Part shown: in pieces, positions 1-9,843 of the stretch
Numbering within the stretch: the stretch's first letter is position 1
Layout: every line of letters starts with the position of its first letter
Assembly: GCA_009991595.1 (NCBI GenBank)
Contig: JAACVK010000030.1
Location: forward strand, 11,262-75,261
Direction of reading: 5' to 3'
From: a bacterium
Lineage (GTDB): Bacteria > Bdellovibrionota > UBA2428
Length of the DNA stretch: 64,000 nucleotides
Position numbers and translations under genes: made by a program
Notes under the pieces: model-generated
Database searches by the model: none
Seen by the model: the letters and a program-made list of their open reading frames with translations, nothing else
What the model was told of the DNA's origin: nothing

Positions 1-83
1 ACACCTTTTTTAGACGTCGCACAACTCAACAGCAAAGAAAGCACAGAACAGACAAAAAACCCTTGAATAAAACGAAGTTGCAT
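1..83 (-). CDS. 5' end of a lipoprotein gene (runs off the window edge)
   Basis: Manual translation from ATG at 83 gives MQLRFIQGFFVCSVLSLLLSCATSKKG, a signal peptide II with lipobox LLSC. TATACT lies 6 nt upstream. Confidence 0.7.
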   Translation of the reverse strand, partial: MQLRFIQGFFVCSVLSLLLSCATSKKG

Positions 84-196
84 CTGCTAAGTATACGACT
101 CGAAACAAGAGTCAGAAAGTCACAGCCGTAGAAAATGCGTTAGGCTTCAGTTAGGTGGTGCAACGCACGAAAGCGTCCCGAGTGACGGGAAAATAG

Positions 197-227
197 TTGA
201 CGTATACGTTAACGTTAGCTAAAAGCT
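197..227 (+). promoter_or_regulatory. Putative MerR-type promoter/operator upstream of the merR-family gene
   Basis: TTGACG (-35) at 197-202 overlaps ACGT-AT-ACGT-TA-ACGT (200-215, nested dyads). A weak -10-like AAAGCT at 222-227 would give the 19-bp spacer typical of MerR promoters. Confidence 0.55.
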
Positions 228-232
228 TCAAT

Positions 233-718
233 ATGTGGACTATTGGAAAACTCGCAAAAAAAGCCAGCGTAACCCCTCGAACCATCCGATATTATGAAGA
301 ATTGGCTCTGATTCAACCTAAACTTCGAGGCGATAACCGCTTTCGATATTATGATGAAAGCCACTTTCTACGACTCAACACCATAAAGCTACTTCAATCC
401 CTTGGCTATGGCCTCAAAGACATTAGCGCCGCCCTAGCTCCTTTTGTGGACTCCGACGGACGCTGCTCGCCCACCGGACAAGAAATGTCTCAAAAAATCT
501 CCCTCTCCCTACTCAACGTTCGAAACGATCTTCTCTCTAAAAAAACTGAGATCGATACGGCCCTAAAAGGGATTGACGAGATGTCTCCCCAGCTCAAGGT
601 TTGCTTAGGCTGCACAGACTCTCAAACCTTAAGTGAATGCATAGGATGCACGAAAGGCCCTGAAGCTGTCATCCAAATGGCTCGCGAGCTTACAAGCGCA
701 CAAACCAACACGCACTAA
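233..718 (+). CDS. MerR-family transcriptional regulator with C-terminal Cys cluster
   Basis: MWTIGKLAKKASVTPRTIRYYEELALI...R.Y is a MerR HTH, followed by a coiled coil and a C-terminal CLGC-x8-CIGC. Start moved to ATG 233 because the TTG at 197 looks like the -35 box. Confidence 0.92.
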   Translation: MWTIGKLAKKASVTPRTIRYYEELALIQPKLRGDNRFRYYDESHFLRLNTIKLLQSLGYGLKDISAALAPFVDSDGRCSPTGQEMSQKISLSLLNVRNDLLSKKTEIDTALKGIDEMSPQLKVCLGCTDSQTLSECIGCTKGPEAVIQMARELTSAQTNTH

Positions 719-766
719 CTTCATTTAGCTCTTTCGTAAGATTCGAGATCAGGCAAAAAGTCGAAT

Positions 767-2200
767 TTACCCGACGCTTCCCTCTAGCTTCAAATCCAGG
801 AGGCGATTGGCTTCGACCGCAAACTCCATGGGAAGTTGCTTAAAGACTTCTTCGCAATAACCATTGATGATTAGTTTGATGGCTTGCTCTTCATCGATGC
901 CTCGACTCTGAAGATAAAACAACTGATCAGCAGAAACTTTAGAAGCAGTCGCTTCGTGCTCCACCACAGCGGTTTTATTCTTCACATTGATCACCGGATA
1001 AGTGTTGGCCTCACAAGCGCCTCCAATCAAAAGTGAATCACACTGAGTGTGATTTCGAGCGTTCTCGGCCTTAGGACCAATAAAGACCTGGCCGCGATAG
1101 CTGTTCTGACTATGCCCAGTAGAGATTCCTTTGGAAACGATTCTAGAGCGGGTGTTTTTCCCTAGGTGCAACATCTTAGTGCCGGTATCAGCTTGCATAT
1201 AATCATTGGTGATAGCGACGGAATAGAATTCACCGATTGAATAATCACCCTCCAGAATACAGCTTGGGTATTTCCAAGTCACAGCAGAGCCTGTCTCTAC
1301 TTGAGTCCAAGAAATTTTAGAGTGATCACCCCGGCAAGCTCCACGCTTGGTTACAAAATTATAAACTCCACCTTTGCCGTTTTCGTCTCCGGCATACCAG
1401 TTTTGCACAGTCGTATATTTAATTTCAGCGCCTTCCATAGCCACGAGTTCCACAACGGCTGCGTGAAGTTGGTTCTCGTCGCGCATTGGAGCTGTGCAAC
1501 CCTCCAGATAAGTCACCTCGGCACCTTCATCGGCTATGATCAGTGTTCTTTCGAACTGACCCGTTCCACCGGCATTTATTCGAAAATAGGTCGACAGATC
1601 CAAAGGGCATTTAACACCTTTAGGAATGTAAACAAAAGAACCATCGCTAAAAACCGCACAATTAAGCGCAGAGTAAAAATTGTCCGCCATGGGAACAACT
1701 GAACCCAAATACTTTTTAATCAAATCAGGGTATTCGCGAATCGCTTCAGAAATGGGGCAAAAAATAACCCCATGCTCGGCAAGAGTTTCTTTGTGAGTCG
1801 TCACAATAGAGACGCTGTCAAACACCGCATCCACAGCAACTCCAGCCAGACGCTTTTGCTCGTCTAATGGAATCCCAAGCTTTTGATAAGCTTCGACCAG
1901 CTTCGGATCAACTTCATCAAGACTCTTTGGTCCATCTTCGGGCTTTTTAGGAGCGGAGTAATAACAAATCCCCTCAAAGTCGATAGGCTCATAGCTAACA
2001 TGAGCCCAGCTAGGCTCCTTCATCGTTAACCATTTTCGGTAAGCTTTTAAACGCCACTCAACCATCCATTCCGGCTCATTCTTTTTCGCCGAAATCATTC
2101 GAACAACGTTTTCATCCAGTCCGTTTGGAATTCTATCCTCACCAATGTCGGTCACAAAACCAAATTGAGAATAATCTTTTTTCTGATATTCCGTTACCAT
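767..2200 (-). CDS. sufB: Fe-S cluster assembly scaffold SufB
   Basis: [39 protein letters not shown] and EFAVEA motifs. Confidence 0.97.
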   Translation of the reverse strand: MVTEYQKKDYSQFGFVTDIGEDRIPNGLDENVVRMISAKKNEPEWMVEWRLKAYRKWLTMKEPSWAHVSYEPIDFEGICYYSAPKKPEDGPKSLDEVDPKLVEAYQKLGIPLDEQKRLAGVAVDAVFDSVSIVTTHKETLAEHGVIFCPISEAIREYPDLIKKYLGSVVPMADNFYSALNCAVFSDGSFVYIPKGVKCPLDLSTYFRINAGGTGQFERTLIIADEGAEVTYLEGCTAPMRDENQLHAAVVELVAMEGAEIKYTTVQNWYAGDENGKGGVYNFVTKRGACRGDHSKISWTQVETGSAVTWKYPSCILEGDYSIGEFYSVAITNDYMQADTGTKMLHLGKNTRSRIVSKGISTGHSQNSYRGQVFIGPKAENARNHTQCDSLLIGGACEANTYPVINVKNKTAVVEHEATASKVSADQLFYLQSRGIDEEQAIKLIINGYCEEVFKQLPMEFAVEANRLLDLKLEGSVG

Positions 2201-3792
2201 ATGCCTAAAACCTCTTTAGCCTCTTCGCTGGCCATTTCTTTTGGATTCCACTTTGGTTCCCAAACAAGCTTCACTTCAGCTTGCTTGACGCCAGGGTGAG
2301 AAGCGACCCTGTCCTTAACCTGCGCAACTAAAACACCTGCCACAGGACAACCTGGCGACGTTAAAGTCATATCCACTACTACACTATCTTCAGCTTGAAA
2401 CTTAATGTCATAAATCAAACCTAAATCCACTAAACTCATTTTCAGTTCCGGATCTTCCACATCCCGCAACCATTCCATAAGGACTTCTTTACTAATGTCT
2501 TGAATATTTTTTTTTGTTTCAGATTTCTTTTTCGAAGAACGAGTTTTTCTTTTTCTAAAAAACTCCAAAGCATCAGCTAGTCTATCAAAGAAAAAATCAA
2601 CTTCTTCTAAATTATTGTAAATTCCTAAGCTCACACGACAAGAGCCCGTTTCGCCCATCATTCGATGCAAGGGTTCTGCGCAATGATGCCCTACCCGTAT
2701 ACAAATATTATCCTGGTCTAAAAATGTCGCCAGATCGTTCACATGAACATCTTCAAAAACTAAACTATAATTTTGAATGCGTTCCTCGGAGCTAAAGGGT
2801 CCTAAAAGAGCAACGCCCTCAACCTCGGCAAGACGAGCAAGGAAGTGCTCCCCCAAGGCACTCATATGTCTTTCAAGGGACTTCATGGAATAGGCATCTA
2901 GAAAGTCGGCCGCTTCGGCCCAGGCTATCGCAGCAGGAAAGTTAGGAGTCCCTGCCTCGAACTTCCAAGGCAAATCGTTCCAAGAGCTCAACAAGTCTCG
3001 CACCTCTGAGATCATTTCTCCACCAAGCTGATAAGGCTTCATAGCCTCTAAAAGCTCGGTGCGTCCCCAAAGTGCTCCCACACCAGTAGGTCCATACATT
3101 TTATGAGAAGAAAAAGCAACAAAGTCTAAATTCTTGTTCTTCGACAGATTCAACTTAAAGTGACCAACAGCCTGAGCCGCATCTACAACTGTGACTACGC
3201 CATGTTCTCGACAAAAAGCGGTGATCTCTTCAACCGGATTAATCACACCCGTCACATTGCTCACCCAGGGGAAAGCAAAGACCTTTGGTTTTTCTTCAAC
3301 GATCAGTGCCTTCAAAGCCTCCATATCAAGGCGGCCATCGGGATGAAGTTCGGCAATTCTAAACTTGGCCCCCTTTTCTCGAGCTAAATATTGCCAGGGA
3401 ACAAAGTTCGAGTGATGGTCCATTCGACTTACGACAATCAGCTCCCCGATACGAACATTGTCTCGACCCCAAGAATGGGCCACCAAATTAATAGCCTCGG
3501 TGGTTCCTCGGGTAAAAATCAAATGCCCTTGGGCCGAATCCGCTCCGATAAACTTTAACAGTCGCGCGCGAGAGTCTTCATAAGCCTTAGTCGCACCTTG
3601 TGCGAGCTTGTAGACACCTCTATGCACGTTGGCATTCAAACTCGAATAAATCTGAGCTTCTTTTTCAATAACAGAAGCTGGCTTTTGAGTGGTCGCACCG
3701 CTATCAAAATAACGAATGCCCTTTCCGTCATAGGCCTTCGTCAGATACGGAAACTGTTTACGAAGCTCGGAAATGTTAAATTCTTTAGACAT
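2194..3792 (-). CDS. sufS: SufS class II cysteine desulfurase fused to a C-terminal SufT/DUF59 (MIP18-like) domain
   Basis: [33 protein letters not shown] and RVGHHCAEP (SufS), then a Lys-rich linker, then [17 protein letters not shown]...MTLTSPGCP...WEPKW (DUF59). Confidence 0.93.
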   Translation of the reverse strand: MSKEFNISELRKQFPYLTKAYDGKGIRYFDSGATTQKPASVIEKEAQIYSSLNANVHRGVYKLAQGATKAYEDSRARLLKFIGADSAQGHLIFTRGTTEAINLVAHSWGRDNVRIGELIVVSRMDHHSNFVPWQYLAREKGAKFRIAELHPDGRLDMEALKALIVEEKPKVFAFPWVSNVTGVINPVEEITAFCREHGVVTVVDAAQAVGHFKLNLSKNKNLDFVAFSSHKMYGPTGVGALWGRTELLEAMKPYQLGGEMISEVRDLLSSWNDLPWKFEAGTPNFPAAIAWAEAADFLDAYSMKSLERHMSALGEHFLARLAEVEGVALLGPFSSEERIQNYSLVFEDVHVNDLATFLDQDNICIRVGHHCAEPLHRMMGETGSCRVSLGIYNNLEEVDFFFDRLADALEFFRKRKTRSSKKKSETKKNIQDISKEVLMEWLRDVEDPELKMSLVDLGLIYDIKFQAEDSVVVDMTLTSPGCPVAGVLVAQVKDRVASHPGVKQAEVKLVWEPKWNPKEMASEEAKEVLGIW

Positions 3793-3800
3793 AAAGCTCT

Positions 3801-4940
3801 TTAGAGGAAATCTCCCTCATCTCCTAAGTATCTATTTCTGACAGATCCTAAAGGAATTTCAGAGAGCACCGTATACCCAAAAGCATCCACCAAGATCTTT
3901 TCAGAGGTCGGTCCGTCGATGCCACGACTTTGCAGATAAAACAATTGATCTGAATCCAAAGAAGCAATCGTCGCTCCGTGAGAACACTTTACATCATCAG
4001 TAGAGATTTCCAATTTAGGCATTGAATGGACTTGAGCCTTGTCGGAGAGCAGAAGGTTTTTGTTGCTTTGATAGGCTTGCGTGTAAAGCCCCTCTATTCC
4101 GATATCAATGTTTCCGTTAAAAACCACAATGGCTTCATCTTCGAGGACATTCCAAACCTTGGTGTCAGAAGTTGTGTTTTTAACATTGTGATAGTTTTGA
4201 GCCCAAATGTCGATTGCGTCCTTATTCTGCGCCCTCACTCCAAGCTTAACTTCTGAGTGACCTCCTTCACCAGCAACAATACACTCCACACGATGCTGTC
4301 CGCGTGAGGCCCCTTTATGGTAACCCCAATAGGACAAAGTTGAATTCTTTCCAACCACGGCACTATGCCTGAACGCGAAGGCCGTAGAAGTCGTCAAAGA
4401 TTGATCGATGAAAAACTTTACGCGACTTTCATCGGCAATTTCAAAGTGAAGAATGCTAACAAAAGAACTTTTGTGGTCATTCGCCTTCTTTTCGTTGGAG
4501 AGATCATTGTGAATAACTAAATCAACCTGCTCGGCAACTTCGATCACACAACGATGAATGGTGGTAGGAACACCCGAAGCGACTACATCACTCAATCGTA
4601 ATACTTTTTTAGAATTAAAACCGCGAGGCACTTTAACAACAAGTGTCTTTTCTTCGCCAATCAACCCGCAAAAGAAGTCATCCTTAAATTTTTCAAAGAC
4701 GGGCCTGGCCTCGACGGACAACTGAACTCCCTTGAAGTCTTTGTCTTCGAGAACTTGGGGTTTGGCATAAGCACCCTGAAGCAACACCCGCAAGCCTTGA
4801 TCGGCGTCAATACTAGACCAATCTTCAGGCAACACTTCTTTTAAAACAGTCGTGCTATCTTGCTTCGTCCAAGCCACGTCTCTTAAAGAAACGTAACGAT
4901 AGTTTTCATCTTTAGCGGTCGGTAACTGAAGCTCAACCAT
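3801..4940 (-). CDS. sufD: Fe-S cluster assembly protein SufD
   Basis: C-terminal VFNGNI, NKNLLLSDKA, PKLEISTDDVKCSHGAT and [10 protein letters not shown]. Start set at ATG 4940, which has GGAG upstream and overlaps the sufC stop by 8 nt. Confidence 0.9.
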   Translation of the reverse strand: MVELQLPTAKDENYRYVSLRDVAWTKQDSTTVLKEVLPEDWSSIDADQGLRVLLQGAYAKPQVLEDKDFKGVQLSVEARPVFEKFKDDFFCGLIGEEKTLVVKVPRGFNSKKVLRLSDVVASGVPTTIHRCVIEVAEQVDLVIHNDLSNEKKANDHKSSFVSILHFEIADESRVKFFIDQSLTTSTAFAFRHSAVVGKNSTLSYWGYHKGASRGQHRVECIVAGEGGHSEVKLGVRAQNKDAIDIWAQNYHNVKNTTSDTKVWNVLEDEAIVVFNGNIDIGIEGLYTQAYQSNKNLLLSDKAQVHSMPKLEISTDDVKCSHGATIASLDSDQLFYLQSRGIDGPTSEKILVDAFGYTVLSEIPLGSVRNRYLGDEGDFL

Positions 4941-5685
4941 TCGAAGCTCCTGCAAACTCATCATAGCCTCGGCTCTCAAGATCGAGCGCCAAGGAAGCGC
5001 CTCCACTTTTAACAATCTTACCTTTGATCATAACGTGGACTTGATCAGGCTTAATGTATTCGAGAAGTCTTTGGTAATGGGTAATCAAAAGAATACCTCG
5101 GTCAGGAGAACGAAGACTGTTAATTTTTTCAGCCACTAATTTTAAGGCATCAATATCTAGACCTGAATCCGTTTCGTCCATAATGGCAACCTTCGGTTGC
5201 AACAATTGCATCTGAAGAGTCTCAATGCGTTTTTTCTCTCCACCGCTAAACCCTTCATTCAAGGAACGGGATAAAAAGTCATCAGGAACATTCAAAGCAG
5301 TAGCCTCGGACTTAATCAATTTACGCAATTCCTTCTTAGGGATTTCTTCTCCACGAACAAAGCCCAAGCTGGTTCGCAAAAAATTACCCAAAGAAACTCC
5401 CGGCACGGCCACCGGATACTGAAAGCCTAGAAAAAGCCTTTTCTTCGCTCGTTCGTCCGGACTACACTCTGTAATGTCTTCACCATCGAGAATAACCTTA
5501 CCGGCTAAAACCGTATAGGCAGGGTGGCCCATTAAAGAATTTGCGAGTGTCGTTTTACCCGAACCATTTCGACCCATGATGGCGTGAACCTCACCCGCCT
5601 TAATCGACAACGAAAGATCGTTCACAATCTTTTTATCTTCAACACTAACTTCTAGATTCTTAACTTCAAAAATTGTTTTACTCAT
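4933..5685 (-). CDS. sufC: Fe-S cluster assembly ATPase SufC
   Basis: GEVHAIMGRNGSGKTT, FQYPVAVPGV, NEGFSGGEKKR, DETDSGLDIDAL and ITHYQRLL motifs. Confidence 0.97.
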   Translation of the reverse strand: MSKTIFEVKNLEVSVEDKKIVNDLSLSIKAGEVHAIMGRNGSGKTTLANSLMGHPAYTVLAGKVILDGEDITECSPDERAKKRLFLGFQYPVAVPGVSLGNFLRTSLGFVRGEEIPKKELRKLIKSEATALNVPDDFLSRSLNEGFSGGEKKRIETLQMQLLQPKVAIMDETDSGLDIDALKLVAEKINSLRSPDRGILLITHYQRLLEYIKPDQVHVMIKGKIVKSGGASLALDLESRGYDEFAGASNG

Positions 5686-5694
5686 AACACTTCC

Positions 5695-6186
5695 TTACGC
5701 AAATTTTTCAAACAAACGGTCGAACCGTTTAGCTGCTACATCCTTAATTTTTATTCTGAGCATTTCTGGTCCCAACAAAAGATCGGAGAGAAAAATATCA
5801 TCTAGCATTTGATCAAAACCAGTAAACAGAAACTTCCACAAAGGCTGAACACTGGGCCGATTCGTTGAGGCGCCCTTTTCATTGGTCCCACCATAAGCCT
5901 GGCAAAATTCTCCGTTAAACTGCTTTTTATCTTGAAGAGCGGCAAGAACCAAAGACACCGGCACAGTTGCCGAGTCTAAAGCCAATCTGAAGCCCCCTTT
6001 GGAGCCTCTTTGAGACACCACCAACTTAGATTTCTTAAACAAATGAAGAATTTTAGAGGCATACTCCGCAGAAATGCCCTCAGCGCGAGCTATCTCAGCA
6101 GCGCTGACGCTATCCTTGCCCTCGCTCAGTCGTAGCAGTGAAAGCGCTACACGAAGGCCGTATTCCTCAAGTGACGAGATCCTCAT
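5695..6186 (-). CDS. Rrf2-family transcriptional regulator heading the suf operon
   Basis: EYGLRVAL, AEIARAEGIS.EY..KIL and LVVSQRGSKGGFRLA (Rrf2 winged HTH); first gene of the suf operon. Confidence 0.9.
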   Translation of the reverse strand: MRISSLEEYGLRVALSLLRLSEGKDSVSAAEIARAEGISAEYASKILHLFKKSKLVVSQRGSKGGFRLALDSATVPVSLVLAALQDKKQFNGEFCQAYGGTNEKGASTNRPSVQPLWKFLFTGFDQMLDDIFLSDLLLGPEMLRIKIKDVAAKRFDRLFEKFA

Positions 6187-6260
6187 ATTGCGGTTTTATA
6201 GTCCAAGCCAGAGACCATACAATACTAAATGGTATTAATTCTACGTAAGAGTCCCCAAAA

Positions 6261-7292
6261 CTATTTAATAGCATCAACAGTAAGACGAAGCGGCAGGTGG
6301 TCAGAAACCCCACCCTCCTTAAAGCCCGAAGCGCTCCAACCCCAAGGCTTATCGCCCTTTAGCTGCTCAGAGATTTCAGTCACTAACTCGACACTTTCGG
6401 AGTTATAGCTCCAACGCTCTCCCTCAGGGGCTTTAACTAGAATCACGTCAAGGAATGACCACGACTTCCCGGAATTCCAATAATAGCTACCTTTGCATTG
6501 CTTACAGCCTTCAAGATGAGACACCAGCCACTTGTTCTTCCAATATTTTTGATTGTAGGAGCGTTTGCTTAACTCATCAGAAGGAATATTAAAATCTCCC
6601 GCAACCAGAGCCAGTTGGCTCTTAGGGACCAGTTTTTTACTGAGCGAATTGATGAACTCCAAAGCATCAGCTCTGTAGCGCCACGAATGAAACGGCGCTG
6701 GCAAATGAACCCCAAATACACTCACCTTAAAGCCGTCTCCATTTAAACGGACGTAAAGAATCTCTCTAGAGTCTTCACGTAAATTCTTTTTGGCACTTTT
6801 AAAGGGAATCTTATAGAGCTTAGTCTCATCATCGGGCTTCAACCGACTCAGCATTGCAACATCAATCCCGCGCTTGTCCGAGCTTTCCTGGTGGATGATG
6901 TAAGGGAAAGGCTTTTTTAGAATTCGGTTGAGATCCTCTAAAACTCTTAGGTTCTCAACTTCCTGCAAGACCAAAACATCCAAATTTTTTTTAGCTTCAC
7001 TCCCATCAATCACCTCGGCAAGGCGCTTTAATTTTAAGCCGTATTGGGCCGCATCCCAGTTCAAATAGTAACAATCGTAAGCCCAAGAAACATTTTTAAC
7101 TTTCATGCACTTTTTCACATGAGCAAGATTTTGCTTATCTTTAAAAGGCAAATAAGTCTCGTCGGACTTCCCCTCATCATCCAAGGTATCAAAAAGATTC
7201 TCAACGTTGTAGGTCATCAACGACAACGTCGAGGCCGAGGCAATCAAAACACCAAAATGGAAAACAAAGATCGCCGCAAAAAGCCTTTTCAT
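6261..7292 (-). CDS. Secreted endonuclease/exonuclease/phosphatase (EEP) family protein
   Basis: Signal peptide; MTYNVENLFD, LQEVEN, RGIDVA, GDFN and SDHLP catalytic motifs. Confidence 0.9.
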   Translation of the reverse strand: MKRLFAAIFVFHFGVLIASASTLSLMTYNVENLFDTLDDEGKSDETYLPFKDKQNLAHVKKCMKVKNVSWAYDCYYLNWDAAQYGLKLKRLAEVIDGSEAKKNLDVLVLQEVENLRVLEDLNRILKKPFPYIIHQESSDKRGIDVAMLSRLKPDDETKLYKIPFKSAKKNLREDSREILYVRLNGDGFKVSVFGVHLPAPFHSWRYRADALEFINSLSKKLVPKSQLALVAGDFNIPSDELSKRSYNQKYWKNKWLVSHLEGCKQCKGSYYWNSGKSWSFLDVILVKAPEGERWSYNSESVELVTEISEQLKGDKPWGWSASGFKEGGVSDHLPLRLTVDAIK

Positions 7293-7295
7293 AGA

Positions 7296-8507
7296 TTACT
7301 GACGAGCCTCAGAAGGGCGCTCGTCGGCTTGAACTTCCAATGAAGTGAGAATCCATCCACCCCCAAGACAAACTTCTCCATCATAAAAGACACAGGCTTG
7401 GCCTGGAGTGATGGCTCTTTGGGGTTTCTCAAAACGAACCTCCACAGCATTGTCTCCCATCATTTTTACAGAGGCCCGCGCAGTTTCAGCACGATATCGA
7501 ATTTTAACATCCATCCAACGAGCTTTCTCCAGCTTTGGAGCCACGATCCAGTTGACCTGTCCAACCACCAATCCAGCCTTTTCCAGCTCTCTAGAAGGCC
7601 CCAAATGAACATGCCGACGAACTGGATCGATTTTGGTCACATAGAAATCTTCAGTGTTAGCGATGCCCATTTTGGAAGCTAGGTCCAAAGCGGCACCTAG
7701 TCCCTTTCTCTGCCCAACAGTGAAATTGTGAATGCCCTCATGATTACCAAGAACAATTCCTTTACCCGTAACAATAAGTCCCTCATGTCTTTGACTTTCA
7801 GGCGTGCGCTCTTCGATGAATTTTTTATAGTTGTTACCCGGAACAAAACAGATTTCTTGGCTGTCTGGCTTATCGGCCACTGGGAGTTTATGAGTCTTTG
7901 CCAACTGACGAACTTTTTCTTTTTTCATTCCGCCAACTGGAAATAAAGTTTTTTCTAATTGTCGTTGAGTTAAATTAAACAAAAAGTAGCTCTGATCTTT
8001 ATCGTGATCCTCGCCTCGAAGTAAGCAGTAGCCAAGACCTTCATCAAAAGACTTTCGAACATAGTGGCCAGTGGCAATGTAATCTGTTCCGAGTTCCAAA
8101 GCCTTTCTAAAAAAGGAATTGAATTTCACCTTGGTGTTACACATCACACACGGGTTTGGTGTTCGCCCCTGAAGATATTCAGCAACAAAATAATCAACAA
8201 CCTGCCCATCAAAAGACTTTTCGGTATCTACTACATAAAATGGAATGCCGATCGACTCAGCAACTCTCCGAGCGTCTTCCATGTCCTGCAAAGAACAACA
8301 AGTCCCTGATTCTTCTTCACTGCGATACTTAGAATAGTCAGTTACTTGCAAGGCAAGGCCAATAACGTCATACCCTTGCTCTTTTAAAATTAAAGCTGCG
8401 ACGGAGGAATCAACTCCTCCAGACATGGCAACAACAACCGACTTTCCATCTCCGGGTCGTTCTCTAGAGAGAATGGAAGCTCCATAACCTGTCTTTTTAA
8501 CTGCCAT
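7296..8507 (-). CDS. mnmA: tRNA 2-thiouridine(34) synthase MnmA
   Basis: AMSGGVDSSVAA PP-loop, GRTPNPCVMCN, ATGHY, KDQSYFL, DSQEICF, FTVGQRKGL and AITPGQ. Start taken at ATG 8507, just after the upstream gene's stop. Confidence 0.96.
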   Translation of the reverse strand: MAVKKTGYGASILSRERPGDGKSVVVAMSGGVDSSVAALILKEQGYDVIGLALQVTDYSKYRSEEESGTCCSLQDMEDARRVAESIGIPFYVVDTEKSFDGQVVDYFVAEYLQGRTPNPCVMCNTKVKFNSFFRKALELGTDYIATGHYVRKSFDEGLGYCLLRGEDHDKDQSYFLFNLTQRQLEKTLFPVGGMKKEKVRQLAKTHKLPVADKPDSQEICFVPGNNYKKFIEERTPESQRHEGLIVTGKGIVLGNHEGIHNFTVGQRKGLGAALDLASKMGIANTEDFYVTKIDPVRRHVHLGPSRELEKAGLVVGQVNWIVAPKLEKARWMDVKIRYRAETARASVKMMGDNAVEVRFEKPQRAITPGQACVFYDGEVCLGGGWILTSLEVQADERPSEARQ

Positions 8508-8517
8508 AAACTTGTCC

Positions 8518-9837
8518 TTACTCCAGCGGGGAGCCTTCTCCAATGCGCCCTAAATTGGGCAACAATTCATCGGCCATTTTTTGGGCACCTCGAACCTGTT
8601 CAATCACGGATTTAAGTTCCTTAAGAAGACCATCCACGTCTTCTTGAACGGTTTCCGTTCCAAGACTAATTCTAATCGAAGAGCGCGCAATGTCTTCAGG
8701 AAAACCCATTTTCGATAAAACCGCAGAGGGCTTCACAGACCCAGAGTTACAAGCGGCTCCACTGGAAACAAAAACTTTTCGCAAGTCTAAGCCCATTAGA
8801 AGCGACTCATCCGGACACTGTTTAGCTGATAGATTTAGTGTGTTGCAAAGCCTAAGGTTGGAGGCTGAAGTCGAGTTAAACTTAACCCCTGGTATTTTAG
8901 CAATCTCACGCTCCAAATACTCCGTCAGCTTTGCCATTTTTTCTCGGTAGATGGCGCCATTGTCCATCCAATCACGCACAGCTAACAGAAAGCCATACAC
9001 ACCAATCATATTGTGGGTTCCAGCTCTGCGCTTCTTTTCTTGGGAACCACCAAACAAAATCGGGTGATAGGGACTTGATCCCCGGATCCACAAAGCACCA
9101 ATGCCCATTGGACCGCCAATCTTGTGAGCCGAAAGAACCATATAATCGGCAAAGTGAAGAGGCTTTCGAATGTCTGATTCGTCGATCTTCCCTAAGGCTT
9201 GAGCGGCGTCTAAAAGATACCAAATCCTTTGGGGAGTGTGGGGAAACTTCCCACCCTTTTTCTTAGGAAGTTTCGTTAAAGGCTTTGAGCCATATTCGGC
9301 GAGTAATTTGCTTTGAAAGGAGAAATCAAAACACATACCTGTTTCGTTATTCGCCACTTGAAGAGCAAACAATACGTCGGCCTTATCATCGGAGAGAACT
9401 CGCTCTATTTGTTGAGCAATAAAATCCTGGTCTAGCTGACCGTTGAGACAAACAGGTATTTCAACGCACTCCACATCAATCAAATCAGCAACCGTATTAT
9501 GAACCGCAGAGTGCTCTATGGCAGAATAGAAAAGCACGGGCTTGCGACCGAGATCCTTACGATTGCGAACAAAGCCCCTTAAAACACTATTAATTCCTTC
9601 GGTCGCTCCCGAGTTAAAAACAACTTCAGAGTCATTCCGCAAACCCAGCCATTGGCAAAGCGATTCACGAAGTTCAAATAAAACTCTTTTTGCAATTCGG
9701 CCCCGCCCATGAACACTCATTGGGTTTGAGAAAAAATCGGTGGCTCCCTGAAGCTTTTCACACAATCCCTCTCGAACAGATTTGAGAAGTGGATGACTAG
9801 CGTTGTGGTCGAAGAAAAGTTCCTTATTATTAATCAC
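8518..9837 (-). CDS. Class I (IscS/NifS-like) cysteine desulfurase, probable sulfur donor for MnmA
   Basis: FFDHNASHPL, NSGATEG, ANNETG, DAAQALGK, SAHKIGGPMGIGAL, GGSQE...RAGT and SSGAACNSGS; directly upstream of mnmA. Confidence 0.9.
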   Translation of the reverse strand: MINNKELFFDHNASHPLLKSVREGLCEKLQGATDFFSNPMSVHGRGRIAKRVLFELRESLCQWLGLRNDSEVVFNSGATEGINSVLRGFVRNRKDLGRKPVLFYSAIEHSAVHNTVADLIDVECVEIPVCLNGQLDQDFIAQQIERVLSDDKADVLFALQVANNETGMCFDFSFQSKLLAEYGSKPLTKLPKKKGGKFPHTPQRIWYLLDAAQALGKIDESDIRKPLHFADYMVLSAHKIGGPMGIGALWIRGSSPYHPILFGGSQEKKRRAGTHNMIGVYGFLLAVRDWMDNGAIYREKMAKLTEYLEREIAKIPGVKFNSTSASNLRLCNTLNLSAKQCPDESLLMGLDLRKVFVSSGAACNSGSVKPSAVLSKMGFPEDIARSSIRISLGTETVQEDVDGLLKELKSVIEQVRGAQKMADELLPNLGRIGEGSPLE

Positions 9838-9843
9838 ATAAGG

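Noticed and set aside
4941..5015. N-terminal extension of SufD
   Set aside because: Overlaps sufC by 83 nt; ATG 4940 has an SD and a typical short overlap.
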